Positions 28,272 to 37,497 of a stretch of 64,000 bases of DNA are shown here, piece after piece. The notes below the pieces were generated by a model. The model was not told the origin of the DNA. It saw only the letters and a list, made by a program, of their open reading frames with translations, and ran no database searches. The first letter of the stretch is position 1. Each line of letters starts with the position of its first letter. The DNA lies in sequence record NC_016163.1; one strand, written 5' to 3'. A program made the translations under genes and the position numbers.

Positions 28272-30026
28272 ATGTTTCTTGAAAATGGCTTAGCTATAGG
28301 TTCTGCAACGTTAACTACCGATATGTATAAAATCGGTCATCCTAGCATGTACCATAAAGAAAGTAAAGTAATCTTCACCAACTTTACTCCTCGTTCAGAT
28401 AAATATTTTACTCATTATTGGGATGATAAGAAACGTGGTGTTATCTCAGCAGGGATTTCAATGCGTATCAAAATGCTTGTATCCCTATGGTCTGTAACCT
28501 TCTTCCAACTCCCTAAAGAAGTAGCTATCGTTAAATACAAACGTATCGTAGACGCTTCATTAGGTAAGGATAAAGTCTCTTTAGATCATTTAGCAGCTCT
28601 TCATGACCTCGGATACCTTCCTTTGGAAATCCGTTCCATTCCTGAAGGCTACTTAGTTCCTATTCAGGTACCAGTATACACTGTTCACAATACCAACCCT
28701 AACGAAGACAAACAGCAATACTTCGCATGGTTGACCAACTACTTCGAATCAGTATTATCTGACGAAACCTGGAAGGTAATGACTAACGCTACTATTGCGT
28801 TCCATTACAAACGTCTCGGTATGAAATTTGCTGATGAGACCTGTGATAACAATCTTCATGTTGACTTCCAATTCCATGACTTCTCTTTCCGTGGATTAGG
28901 GTGTAATGAAGAAGGTTATAAGAACGGTATCGCCCATATCATGTCATTTAGTGGTACTGATACCGTATTAGCTATTGAAGCAGTTCATGACTTCTATAAA
29001 ATCCCTGAAGGTGACTTCGTAGCGGGTAGTATTCCGGCTACTGAGCACTCTGTAGCAACTACGAATATTATGTATATCGTAGAAGACCTACGTAAACAAT
29101 CAGAGATTGATGGTACAAACCTGAGTCTTGATGCACTGCGTTTAAAAGCTGAAAAAATCTATCTTGAGCATTATATTACTTCCATCGTACCTGAAGGCTT
29201 ATGCTCTTATGTAGCCGACTCCTACGACTACTGGTCTGTACTGACAGTTATTCTCCCTGACCTGTTGCAGACAATTATCCAACGAGCTGGTAAACTGGTA
29301 ATTCGTCCTGATAGTGGTGATCCTGTAAAAGTAATTTGTGGTCTCCGTTATCCAGAGAAGAACTTTATCTCTGAATCTGAAGCTTATCGTTACATTAATG
29401 AAATGGATTCATCTCTTCCGTATCCAGAAGCGGTAATGATTAACGGTAACTTCTATGCTGTAACAGAAGATGAAGATGAGTTTGAAGGTTTCTATATTCA
29501 AGAAGAAATTCTTCCTCCTCATGAAGTAAAAGGTTCTATTCAGGTATTATGGGATATCTTTGGTGGTTCAATCAACACTAAAGGTTTCAAAGTACTGAAT
29601 GACCATATTGGTCTGATTTATGGTGATTCAATCACTATTCCTCGTGCTGTACAAATCTTTACTCGTCTTAAAGAGAAAGGTTTTGCATCTTCTAACGTAG
29701 TATTGGGTATTGGTTCCTTTACCTATCAGATGAATACCCGTGATACCTTCGGATTTGCTTGTAAGGCTACAGGTTCAATTATCGGTGATCGTACTATTCT
29801 CGTTAGTAAAGAACCTAAAACTGATCCAGGTAAGAAATCAGCGCGTGGCTTCCTTAAAGTCATTCGTAATGATAAAGGTGTACTGCAGTTAGTGGAAGAC
29901 CTGACTCTTGATCAAATTGATTCAGATGATAACGAATTGCGTATGATTTTCAAAAACGGTAAGTTTACTGAAGCCGCTAATGAAGATTTTACTGTGATCC
30001 GTCAACGTTTGAATAGCCAACTGTAA
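28272..30026 (+). CDS. nadV: nicotinamide phosphoribosyltransferase-like protein, probably the NARP1 Namat
   Basis: TDMYKIGH, FHDFSFRG, FSGTDT, SIPATEHSV, VADSYD, IRPDSGDP, IYGDSIT, GIGSFTYQ..TRDTFGFA.K. Confidence 0.96.
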   Translation: MFLENGLAIGSATLTTDMYKIGHPSMYHKESKVIFTNFTPRSDKYFTHYWDDKKRGVISAGISMRIKMLVSLWSVTFFQLPKEVAIVKYKRIVDASLGKDKVSLDHLAALHDLGYLPLEIRSIPEGYLVPIQVPVYTVHNTNPNEDKQQYFAWLTNYFESVLSDETWKVMTNATIAFHYKRLGMKFADETCDNNLHVDFQFHDFSFRGLGCNEEGYKNGIAHIMSFSGTDTVLAIEAVHDFYKIPEGDFVAGSIPATEHSVATTNIMYIVEDLRKQSEIDGTNLSLDALRLKAEKIYLEHYITSIVPEGLCSYVADSYDYWSVLTVILPDLLQTIIQRAGKLVIRPDSGDPVKVICGLRYPEKNFISESEAYRYINEMDSSLPYPEAVMINGNFYAVTEDEDEFEGFYIQEEILPPHEVKGSIQVLWDIFGGSINTKGFKVLNDHIGLIYGDSITIPRAVQIFTRLKEKGFASSNVVLGIGSFTYQMNTRDTFGFACKATGSIIGDRTILVSKEPKTDPGKKSARGFLKVIRNDKGVLQLVEDLTLDQIDSDDNELRMIFKNGKFTEAANEDFTVIRQRLNSQL

Positions 30027-30033
30027 TAATTAA

Positions 30034-30063
30034 CCCTTATACCTTCTTCGGAGGGTATAAGGG
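30034..30063 (+). repeat. dispersed palindromic terminator family (representative copy)
   Basis: cccttataccttc-ttcg-gagggtataaggg; near-identical copies at 32415-32442 and 32926-32955; related ones at 13727, 14452, 24980, 53015, 54071 and 57404. Confidence 0.85.
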
Positions 30064-30090
30064 GTTTACTTTTTTGTAAAAAGGTGAATT

Positions 30091-30267
30091 ATGTCTAAGA
30101 AATATAGTACTTACTCCTTCAAACTTAATGGTGAATCACATACTTTCCAAGGTCGTTTTAATGATGATACAGGATTGTATGAGGCTATTTTTAAAGGCGT
30201 AACAGGTCATGGTAGCTCTCTTCAGGAAGCTATCGATGATGCAATTAACGAATACCAATCGATTTAA
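30091..30267 (+). CDS. 58-aa HicB-like (UPF0150-fold) protein, absent from the ORF track
   Basis: AAGGTG SD; GLYEAIFKGVTGHGSSLQEAIDDAINE resembles the HicB N-domain G.T.eEA pattern. Confidence 0.6.
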   Translation: MSKKYSTYSFKLNGESHTFQGRFNDDTGLYEAIFKGVTGHGSSLQEAIDDAINEYQSI

Positions 30268-30278
30268 GGCTAATAGAA

Positions 30279-30788
30279 ATGAATATTATTGAAGAATGTT
30301 TAGAAAATAGTACTAAAAGTTTTAATGAATTTGCTACAAAAATTTTTGATGCTATTCCAGAATGGAAAGAATTAATGGAAAGTAAACCATTAGAGTTTAC
30401 TTCTATGGTTAACAGTCTTGAAGATTTCTATACCGAAATCATTGAAGAGATTCACGACCATTATATTCCAGTTCAGCCTTTATTCGGTGGTACAACTTCA
30501 TTTATTTATTGTCATGATGATAAAGTTATCGTATGTCAGACTATTGAAGACTTCCGTATGACTCATAATATCACTAGTGATGAAGAAATTACTAGTAAAA
30601 TGGAAGAGCTAGAAAGTAAACCATATGAGGTACTTTCAGGAATTCTTTTTAACTATCTTAGCAATGACTTTATTACTTTCAGCGATGCTGTAGCTTTCCC
30701 TAATATTGATAAAGTTAAAGAATATCTCGAAAATGAGTTTTCTGACCTCTTTGCTGAAGCATACGTTAATTTTGATCTAAGTCTCTAA
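30279..30788 (+). CDS. hypothetical acidic protein
   Basis: 169 aa, followed by a hairpin at about 30792-30821. Confidence 0.8.
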   Translation: MNIIEECLENSTKSFNEFATKIFDAIPEWKELMESKPLEFTSMVNSLEDFYTEIIEEIHDHYIPVQPLFGGTTSFIYCHDDKVIVCQTIEDFRMTHNITSDEEITSKMEELESKPYEVLSGILFNYLSNDFITFSDAVAFPNIDKVKEYLENEFSDLFAEAYVNFDLSL

Positions 30789-30889
30789 AATGAATCCGTA
30801 TCTTGATAAAAGATACGGATTTTTAATCACTTTTTTGTTCATATATTATTCTAATGATACATTAGATCAATTTTTTTCAAGAGGCTATC

Positions 30890-31249
30890 ATGTTTTTTGA
30901 AGACTATGGAGATGAATCTCCACAAGATAAACTTGCATCAGAAATTTATAGAATAAGGGAAAAAAGTATGGCTTCTAGTAGAAAATCACATTCAAATTCT
31001 TCAGATTATGAAGTAAAAACTAGAACTAATGATAAGTGGATTGAGTTCTATCCTCCGCAGCACCAAAATAAACCAAAACTTTTAAGATTATTTAGTCCTA
31101 CGGGTTTATTTGAAGAAAAAGTAGACATTTCTATGATTAAAAAGCATTTCTTTATGCCGGAAATGTTGATTATCTATACTGATGGCAGTATTGAATCATT
31201 TAATGATATTCATTATAAAATTGAAGTAGAGGATACTGAAGATGAGTAA
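30890..31249 (+). CDS. hypothetical early protein
   Basis: Early motif at 30841; GAGG SD. Confidence 0.8.
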   Translation: MFFEDYGDESPQDKLASEIYRIREKSMASSRKSHSNSSDYEVKTRTNDKWIEFYPPQHQNKPKLLRLFSPTGLFEEKVDISMIKKHFFMPEMLIIYTDGSIESFNDIHYKIEVEDTEDE

Positions 31250-31736
31250 AAGTTATGAATTCCTTCCAAGATCTTTTGTAACTCATGAAAATGGTAATTC
31301 TATTGATTTAAAAGCCCCTGAAATTATATTTAATGGTAATCATATTAAACTTTCTGGAGATATTATGGCTCAACTACATTATCATTTTAAAGATAAGATT
31401 CCTCCAGATTACTTCCATGTTAAAAGTGGTCATTTTGGATTCGAATCATCTTTTTCCGCTAATGTAGTATTGATTGACACCGATAAGATTTCTAGGCTAA
31501 AGGTTTCTATTTTAGATGGAGTAGATACAGGTAAATTCAAAGTACAAACTGATGGCAGAACAGTAAGCATTCTTATGGGTGCATTACTCATGAATAATCT
31601 TAATACTATCATTGAAGAAGTAGACGGTGATCAGGATATTCCCGCAAAATGTGGTAAGCGCGGCAAATGTGAGTTCTCTTATCATGTTGAGCTTGCTAAA
31701 TCAAAGAATTCAGAAACTGAATGGGATATTGATTAA
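31242..31736 (+). CDS. hypothetical protein
   Basis: Overlapping operon member. Confidence 0.8.
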   Translation: MSKSYEFLPRSFVTHENGNSIDLKAPEIIFNGNHIKLSGDIMAQLHYHFKDKIPPDYFHVKSGHFGFESSFSANVVLIDTDKISRLKVSILDGVDTGKFKVQTDGRTVSILMGALLMNNLNTIIEEVDGDQDIPAKCGKRGKCEFSYHVELAKSKNSETEWDID

Positions 31737-32044
31737 TGAAAAAGATCTTTTATACAATCGCTTTAGGTATTGCATTAACTTTCATCTTTACAGGTGATAG
31801 TTTTGCAGATACTTATAATATCAATAATGGCGATGCCACAATTGAAGAAACTACTCAATATATTACGGTTACTGTTCGCCAAGGTAACAAAATCATCAAT
31901 ATGAAAGGCAATCTCTTTAAGTATAAAGAGATAAAAATCTACAAAACTGGAAAGCTGGCAATTGGTACCCTTCCAAATGGTGAAACTATTGTACTATCTG
32001 GTAGATTCACTGATGGTTATCTAGTAATTGAGGATGCTGAATAA
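31736..32044 (+). CDS. exported protein
   Basis: MKKIFYTIALGIALTFIFTGDSFA signal peptide. Confidence 0.75.
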   Translation: MKKIFYTIALGIALTFIFTGDSFADTYNINNGDATIEETTQYITVTVRQGNKIINMKGNLFKYKEIKIYKTGKLAIGTLPNGETIVLSGRFTDGYLVIEDAE

Positions 32045-32409
32045 TGCGTCCTAAACTAACTACTGTAATTATAACGATTCTAGCAGTAGCGCTTTGCGTA
32101 GCTTTAGTCAATAAAATTGATTTTAGTAAGTATCGTCCTACCAAAGAAATTAAAGAAAACCATGAGTTTACTGTAATTGATGTGGATCCCCCTAAACGAT
32201 TCTATATTACCGTACAGGATAATGAAACGGGTGTGATTTACCGTCATATGTACGTATCAAAGCGTTGTGCATTTTATAGTACTAAGGTACCTATTGGTAG
32301 TGTATGGAAATTTGACTTAATTACCAAATACTACTATGATGGCAGAGTTGTAAAAGAAGTTGATGGATACTCAAATATCTGTCAAGATTCTTCTAAGCGA
32401 ATCAAATAA
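32044..32409 (+). CDS. membrane-anchored protein
   Basis: N-terminal hydrophobic helix VIITILAVALCVALV. Confidence 0.75.
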   Translation: MRPKLTTVIITILAVALCVALVNKIDFSKYRPTKEIKENHEFTVIDVDPPKRFYITVQDNETGVIYRHMYVSKRCAFYSTKVPIGSVWKFDLITKYYYDGRVVKEVDGYSNICQDSSKRIK

Positions 32410-32525
32410 AACTACCCTATACCTTCTTCGGAGGGTATAGGGTTCATTCTTTTTTTTTTGTAACTGTAGGCTTAATATACATATATAATTACGATGATCT
32501 CTGACTAAGTAAAGGATTTTTAATC

Positions 32526-32921
32526 ATGATCGACAAAAAAGAAATGGTTAAACTAGTAGTAGAGTTCAATTTAAGACATGGATATTTACTACATGGTGCC
32601 AGTATGGTTATGCATGGAGTAAAAGATCAAACTAATGACATTGATATACTTATTCATGCTAAATATATCGACCGTCTTGAATTTTCAAGTAAAAAAGCTC
32701 AGAAATTCGATTTTGGATTTGGTAGTGTAAGAAATACCATTGATTATGTGCTGATTGATGGTTTTCAGTGTCAAACTCTTGAAAGTATTATTAAAGAGAA
32801 AAGGCAACTTGGTAGACCTAAAGATCTAGAAGCTATCGAGTTAATCGAAGCTTTTATAGCTAAAGGTAATCTGCCAAAATCCTATCAATCTATATACCGT
32901 AAAGTCGTAATGGACTACTAA
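32526..32921 (+). CDS. minimal nucleotidyltransferase-like protein
   Basis: HGASMVMHG...TNDIDI (G-S, DxD) and K..LGRPKD motifs. Confidence 0.65.
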   Translation: MIDKKEMVKLVVEFNLRHGYLLHGASMVMHGVKDQTNDIDILIHAKYIDRLEFSSKKAQKFDFGFGSVRNTIDYVLIDGFQCQTLESIIKEKRQLGRPKDLEAIELIEAFIAKGNLPKSYQSIYRKVVMDY

Positions 32922-32965
32922 TTAACCCTTATACCTTCTTTGGAGGGTATAAGGGAAGTTTTTTA

Positions 32966-33077
32966 GAAAAAAGTCCCCATAACTAGGGAAACAAAGCGGA
33001 GCAAAAACCTAGTTATGGGGTCAGAGGAGTAGTAATACACATGGAGAGTAAGCCGAGTGACTCGATCTTAATTTTCT
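32966..33077 (-). ncRNA. candidate late small RNA of about 110 nt
   Basis: Minus-strand AACA-N6-TA at 33088-33077, no sizeable ORF, 13-bp perfect stem (32975-87 / 33008-20) followed by U6. Confidence 0.5.
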
Positions 33078-33224
33078 ATTTTAATGTTAGTATGAAAAAA
33101 TTTTCTCTTTGTAGCAATAAAGTATATTAAAATATTTCTATGTTTTCGTAACTGTATATACATTATTGATATATTATTTTAGTGTTAGTAAATAAAAATA
33201 ATCATACAGACTAGGAGAATTACC

Positions 33225-33767
33225 ATGAATACATCTATTTCTACTGAAATCATGAATGCATTCAATACAAATGTACGTGTATATTGCCGTCGTTTAGAAA
33301 TTGCAGAATTGGCTCCATACTTCATTGAGAATGAAGAAGCTCGTTCATCCATTACACGTATTGCAAAGACCTTTGGCTATGATCTGAATAATAAAGATCA
33401 TCTTGGTCGAACTGCAGCTTTTACTGTTGCTACAATTATCAAACTCAAGGCTATGCAAGAAGATACGCCTGAAGGAATGGTAATGATTAGTAAGGAAAAC
33501 TGTATTAAAGTTGCTTCTGTAGCTATAAATATCTTTCATTCAATCAATAAAGATTTTAATGAAGATGGGAATGCAATTAATATCAAGAAAGCGAGACTAA
33601 ACTTTGTCGGAACATTGCTTACTAAAGGTATTAATTATTCCGATGAAAATCTTGATTTAGCTGAAGGGTTTGTAAGAACTTATTTTACTAACCGTAATCA
33701 AGATAAATCCAGTGTAACTGCTACAGTTCTCAATCAAGCTCGTAATGGGAATGATTGGGAGGCATAA
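33225..33767 (+). CDS. hypothetical early protein (monocistronic)
   Basis: Early motif at 33169, AGGAG SD, terminator at about 33766-33792. Confidence 0.85.
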   Translation: MNTSISTEIMNAFNTNVRVYCRRLEIAELAPYFIENEEARSSITRIAKTFGYDLNNKDHLGRTAAFTVATIIKLKAMQEDTPEGMVMISKENCIKVASVAINIFHSINKDFNEDGNAINIKKARLNFVGTLLTKGINYSDENLDLAEGFVRTYFTNRNQDKSSVTATVLNQARNGNDWEA

Positions 33768-33838
33768 AAAGACCCGAAGGTCTTTTTTTTTTTGATAAAA
33801 ACTCCCTAATCTAATTCATTTTAGATTAGGGAATAATT

Positions 33839-34639
33839 TTAACGCATAATTGACAGAATAGCATCTTGGTATTCTGCTTGAAGATTAGCTTCTACTAAAG
33901 CAAAACCAGCAAGTTTACCAGATTTCTTCTCAGTAATAAGAACTTTACCTTTGTCAACACTAAAGGACATAGCGCCGCCAGACAACTGCATGACATCTTC
34001 AAGCATCATCTGAGTGTTCTTACTATTAGAAGCTACGTACTCAGCCAACATTTTAGCCGTGATAGGTACTTCATTTACATCTTCATTCATAGCTCTAGCA
34101 TAAGCTACTTTGTGTGATGGATAATGAACGTTATCCCATGTAATCAGACGCATAGGGTCTTTTACATAAGCAAGGCCACGTTTATTAACCACATCACCAG
34201 CGCCACGCATAGAGAAGCTAGGAAGCATGTTATTACATACAATCAAACCAGCTAAGTCTTTACCTACTGCGTTACCAGTAGTTTCTACATCACCGATTAA
34301 CAAGTTAGGATTTTCATCATCCCAACGAGGGTTCTTAATTAAATGACATACATTGTGCATATCAATTTTAAGCTGACGTTCCAGACCTAATTTAGCATCA
34401 GGGTGGTTCATCTCACCAAATAATGAGTTAGTAGCAAGCTTTTCTTGAACGAAAGGATGTTGAAGAGAATTATTGATTACACTCTTAGGGTATACACGTT
34501 TATTGCGGTTTTCTGCATCAGCATCCTGAAGAATAGCTTCCATCTTAACTACTCCGTTAGGGAGTACTTTGAATGATCTAATTGCATCTTCTACTGGAGC
34601 CGATTCATAGAAAATCCGTCCTACTACTTGTTCAGACAT
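33839..34639 (-). CDS. prohead core protease, T4 gp21-like
   Basis: LQDAD.ENRNKRVYP, LFGEMNHP, FSMRGAG motifs; late promoter at 34672-83. Confidence 0.9.
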   Translation of the reverse strand: MSEQVVGRIFYESAPVEDAIRSFKVLPNGVVKMEAILQDADAENRNKRVYPKSVINNSLQHPFVQEKLATNSLFGEMNHPDAKLGLERQLKIDMHNVCHLIKNPRWDDENPNLLIGDVETTGNAVGKDLAGLIVCNNMLPSFSMRGAGDVVNKRGLAYVKDPMRLITWDNVHYPSHKVAYARAMNEDVNEVPITAKMLAEYVASNSKNTQMMLEDVMQLSGGAMSFSVDKGKVLITEKKSGKLAGFALVEANLQAEYQDAILSIMR

Positions 34640-34673
34640 TTCCAGGAATCCTTTGCTAACTATATAGTTTCTA

Positions 34674-35441
34674 TTAGTTTGTTATGTCGAAACACAACAT
34701 ATCTTCTAAAACTTGATTTTTGCCGATGAAGGAAGAAAATACATACTCCCAATCACCCTCATTATGGATACCAAATATACTTATATGGCTAAGATAAAAC
34801 GTTTTCTCTACATTGATTAGAGATTTAGTAATAAAGTCATTAAATGCCATATAAAGAGTAAATTCGTTACTACTTTTTATATTAACTATATGAGTTTTCA
34901 ACTTTCTAGTTGAGTTAGGGAATATAGCTTCTAAATCGGTTGTAGAAGGTAAGAAATTAAGCATTTTATCCACAATAATAGTCTTAGTTATTCCTGCAAA
35001 AGAAGTATCGAGTTCTTTGACAACTCCTTTAATGAACTTTTCAGGATCAGACATCATTGTGCGACTATATTTCAGACCAAACTTAGTTTTGACAGCTTCA
35101 TCATTATTGATTACGTCAGGGATGAAATAATTTCCAGTTAATGGACTATTACCGAAATCTAAGGCTACTATAGAATCAGCTAAAAAGTTAAGATTTAACA
35201 ATTTCTCTTGATTTTCTAAAGTAAGATATCCAAAATCCTCTTTAAATTTAGTATTCATTAAGGAATTTAGATTAACTAAGCCATACTTCTTTCTAAGTAC
35301 ATCATATGCTAAAGCTGCACAAATTTGATAATTACCTGACATTAAAGAAGTGTAGAAATCTTTGGCATCAACTTCAGAATAGAAGAAATCATATTCTTTA
35401 TTTTTTTCTAAATACTCTCCTAGAGTCATATCAAACTCCAA
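34674..35441 (-). CDS. hypothetical late protein
   Basis: 255 aa in a late operon. Confidence 0.8.
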   Translation of the reverse strand: MEFDMTLGEYLEKNKEYDFFYSEVDAKDFYTSLMSGNYQICAALAYDVLRKKYGLVNLNSLMNTKFKEDFGYLTLENQEKLLNLNFLADSIVALDFGNSPLTGNYFIPDVINNDEAVKTKFGLKYSRTMMSDPEKFIKGVVKELDTSFAGITKTIIVDKMLNFLPSTTDLEAIFPNSTRKLKTHIVNIKSSNEFTLYMAFNDFITKSLINVEKTFYLSHISIFGIHNEGDWEYVFSSFIGKNQVLEDMLCFDITN

Positions 35442-36822
35442 ACTTGGTAGAAGGAATATTATAGTAATTAGATTCAGTCATAATATTCTTAAGACCTTCT
35501 CTCATAGTAGTTTGCTTCTGCATTTCTACATTATTTACGGTAATCAAGTTATTAGCGATGTTACCAATAGATGATTTAGCCGCGCTATAATCGGCATCCG
35601 TATTAACTCCATTTAAAAGAGAATTAATAGTTCTTGTAGAAGAAGCATTTCTAACCATAGCAGCCATAGATGAGTTTAATGCAGTCTTACCTAAGTATCC
35701 CATTGAAGTATATACTTTAGTAGATTGATTTGCATTAGAAGCATTAGTTTGATAATTAGAATAATTTGAGAAAAGACTCTTAATAGAACTATCAGTAATG
35801 CCGGACACGATACTTGAATTATTATTCAGATAATCATATCGATTATTAGCTCTATATGAATTAGTCTGCTGTTGCATGATTTTAGCTAACTGACTACATC
35901 TTATAGTATCTACGGGGCTAGGAACTTTTATTCCAGGAACTATCTGGATGCCACTATTATTACTGCTATTGTTATTATTAATAGCATTCTTAATAGAAGT
36001 ACCTAAATCTGATAGAATTCCAATTCCAAATAGATCATCAGCAGTTAAGCCAAACATTCTCATTATACTTTCAATAGCATCCCATAGCTCTTGAGCTAAA
36101 TCAATGAATGCTGAAGCATATAATTGAACTTTTTCTATGAATCCTAGTAATGAGTTAGCCGAAGGGGGTAAGTTACTCATTATAGTATTTAAAACACTAC
36201 CTAAAGCTGATGTAGCATAGGATTTAGCCGCTGATACAACATCCCTCATAAGAGAGGCTAGGTCTGATTTAATAGCATTTAGTAATTCTGCAGGACGTAG
36301 ATTAGTTACCGCATTAAGTATAGATTTAGCAGCTCCTAATAAATCTCCTAATAAAGAAGCTTCTGGACATAGTAAAAATTGAGCTATGGATTTAATATAA
36401 GAAGAAATATCACTATAATTTGCAGGATTTATACTATTAGCAAATGAAGTACATGAACCTAAAGCCTTATTACAGCTGGAAGAGATTGAACTCATACTTG
36501 AAGAAATTGAATTCGATACAGCAAATGCAGATAGTGATCTTGAATCAGAATATAATACATTAAGAATATCATTCATATCTTGATTTATACTGTAAAACGT
36601 ATCACTATACAAATTAGAGAGAACTAAAATTCCCTCCATTGCAAAATTATAATCTGCTTTGCTTCCAGCACTAATATAATTAAGGCTTGCCTTAACAATG
36701 TCAATGTTAATGGCCTTTAAGTCATTATTTTCACCAGCCAATAGCTTAGATGAAGTATCTATGGTAGATAACTCCGTTATGATCTTATCATTAAGATCAT
36801 ATACTTTAGCTTTTGCAGTCAT
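35431..36822 (-). CDS. hypothetical S/N-rich late (probably structural) protein
   Basis: 463 aa; late promoter at 36852-63. Confidence 0.8.
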   Translation of the reverse strand: MTAKAKVYDLNDKIITELSTIDTSSKLLAGENNDLKAINIDIVKASLNYISAGSKADYNFAMEGILVLSNLYSDTFYSINQDMNDILNVLYSDSRSLSAFAVSNSISSSMSSISSSCNKALGSCTSFANSINPANYSDISSYIKSIAQFLLCPEASLLGDLLGAAKSILNAVTNLRPAELLNAIKSDLASLMRDVVSAAKSYATSALGSVLNTIMSNLPPSANSLLGFIEKVQLYASAFIDLAQELWDAIESIMRMFGLTADDLFGIGILSDLGTSIKNAINNNNSSNNSGIQIVPGIKVPSPVDTIRCSQLAKIMQQQTNSYRANNRYDYLNNNSSIVSGITDSSIKSLFSNYSNYQTNASNANQSTKVYTSMGYLGKTALNSSMAAMVRNASSTRTINSLLNGVNTDADYSAAKSSIGNIANNLITVNNVEMQKQTTMREGLKNIMTESNYYNIPSTKFGV

Positions 36823-36916
36823 GGTATGACTTTCCTATTCGATTAGTATACTAATTTGATGTTCCATCAACATTCATTTAGTAACGTTTATATTAAATTA
36901 AAAAACGGATCAAATT

Positions 36917-37495
36917 ATGGGATTTAACCATTCAGACAATATAGTAAATTTTTTACTAAATGAAGAATCTAGTAAAAGGATTCCCGCATTGTATCATATT
37001 AGTTTCAAAGATAATTTAGAGGGTGAATGGAAGCCCCGCCCACCAGATGGATTTCAAATTAAAGCTAAAGAAAAAAATAAAGAAAAAGAAGTCAATATAA
37101 CTGAACCCAAAACTCCTAGAATATCTTGTTCAACTGACCTTAAGAAATGTTTTTATGCTATTTATCCTAATATTTCTTTCTTTTTTGAAACAAAGAAATT
37201 TCCGTATATGGATTTTACAGTCTATTCACCTAGATTGAATGGTGAAGAAAAGATTTGGACTCCAGAATATTTAACTGATAAGAAATTAGTACATGATGCA
37301 CATGTAACTAACGAATATTGTATTCTAGAGAAAGCCTTTATGCAAAAAGTAGGGCACTTAAGAGTATTTAATCCTCTTAAAAAATCAAATAACCCTCCTG
37401 AGATTTATTATCATCCATTTAATAATGAATCTTATGAAAGAAAATTTCTTGCATATAAGGTAGAAATAAAATACGATTCTATCAAGGAAAAATAA
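36917..37495 (+). CDS. ART-like fold hypothetical protein
   Basis: LYHIS...L.....PR.P...E.KTPRISCS....C pattern; late promoter at 36869. Confidence 0.45.
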   Translation: MGFNHSDNIVNFLLNEESSKRIPALYHISFKDNLEGEWKPRPPDGFQIKAKEKNKEKEVNITEPKTPRISCSTDLKKCFYAIYPNISFFFETKKFPYMDFTVYSPRLNGEEKIWTPEYLTDKKLVHDAHVTNEYCILEKAFMQKVGHLRVFNPLKKSNNPPEIYYHPFNNESYERKFLAYKVEIKYDSIKEK

Positions 37496-37497
37496 TT

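Noticed and set aside
33041-33130. 29-aa plus-strand ORF with a GAGGAG SD
   Set aside because: No plus-strand promoter after the 32926 terminator; the minus-strand sRNA fits better, but this is not excluded
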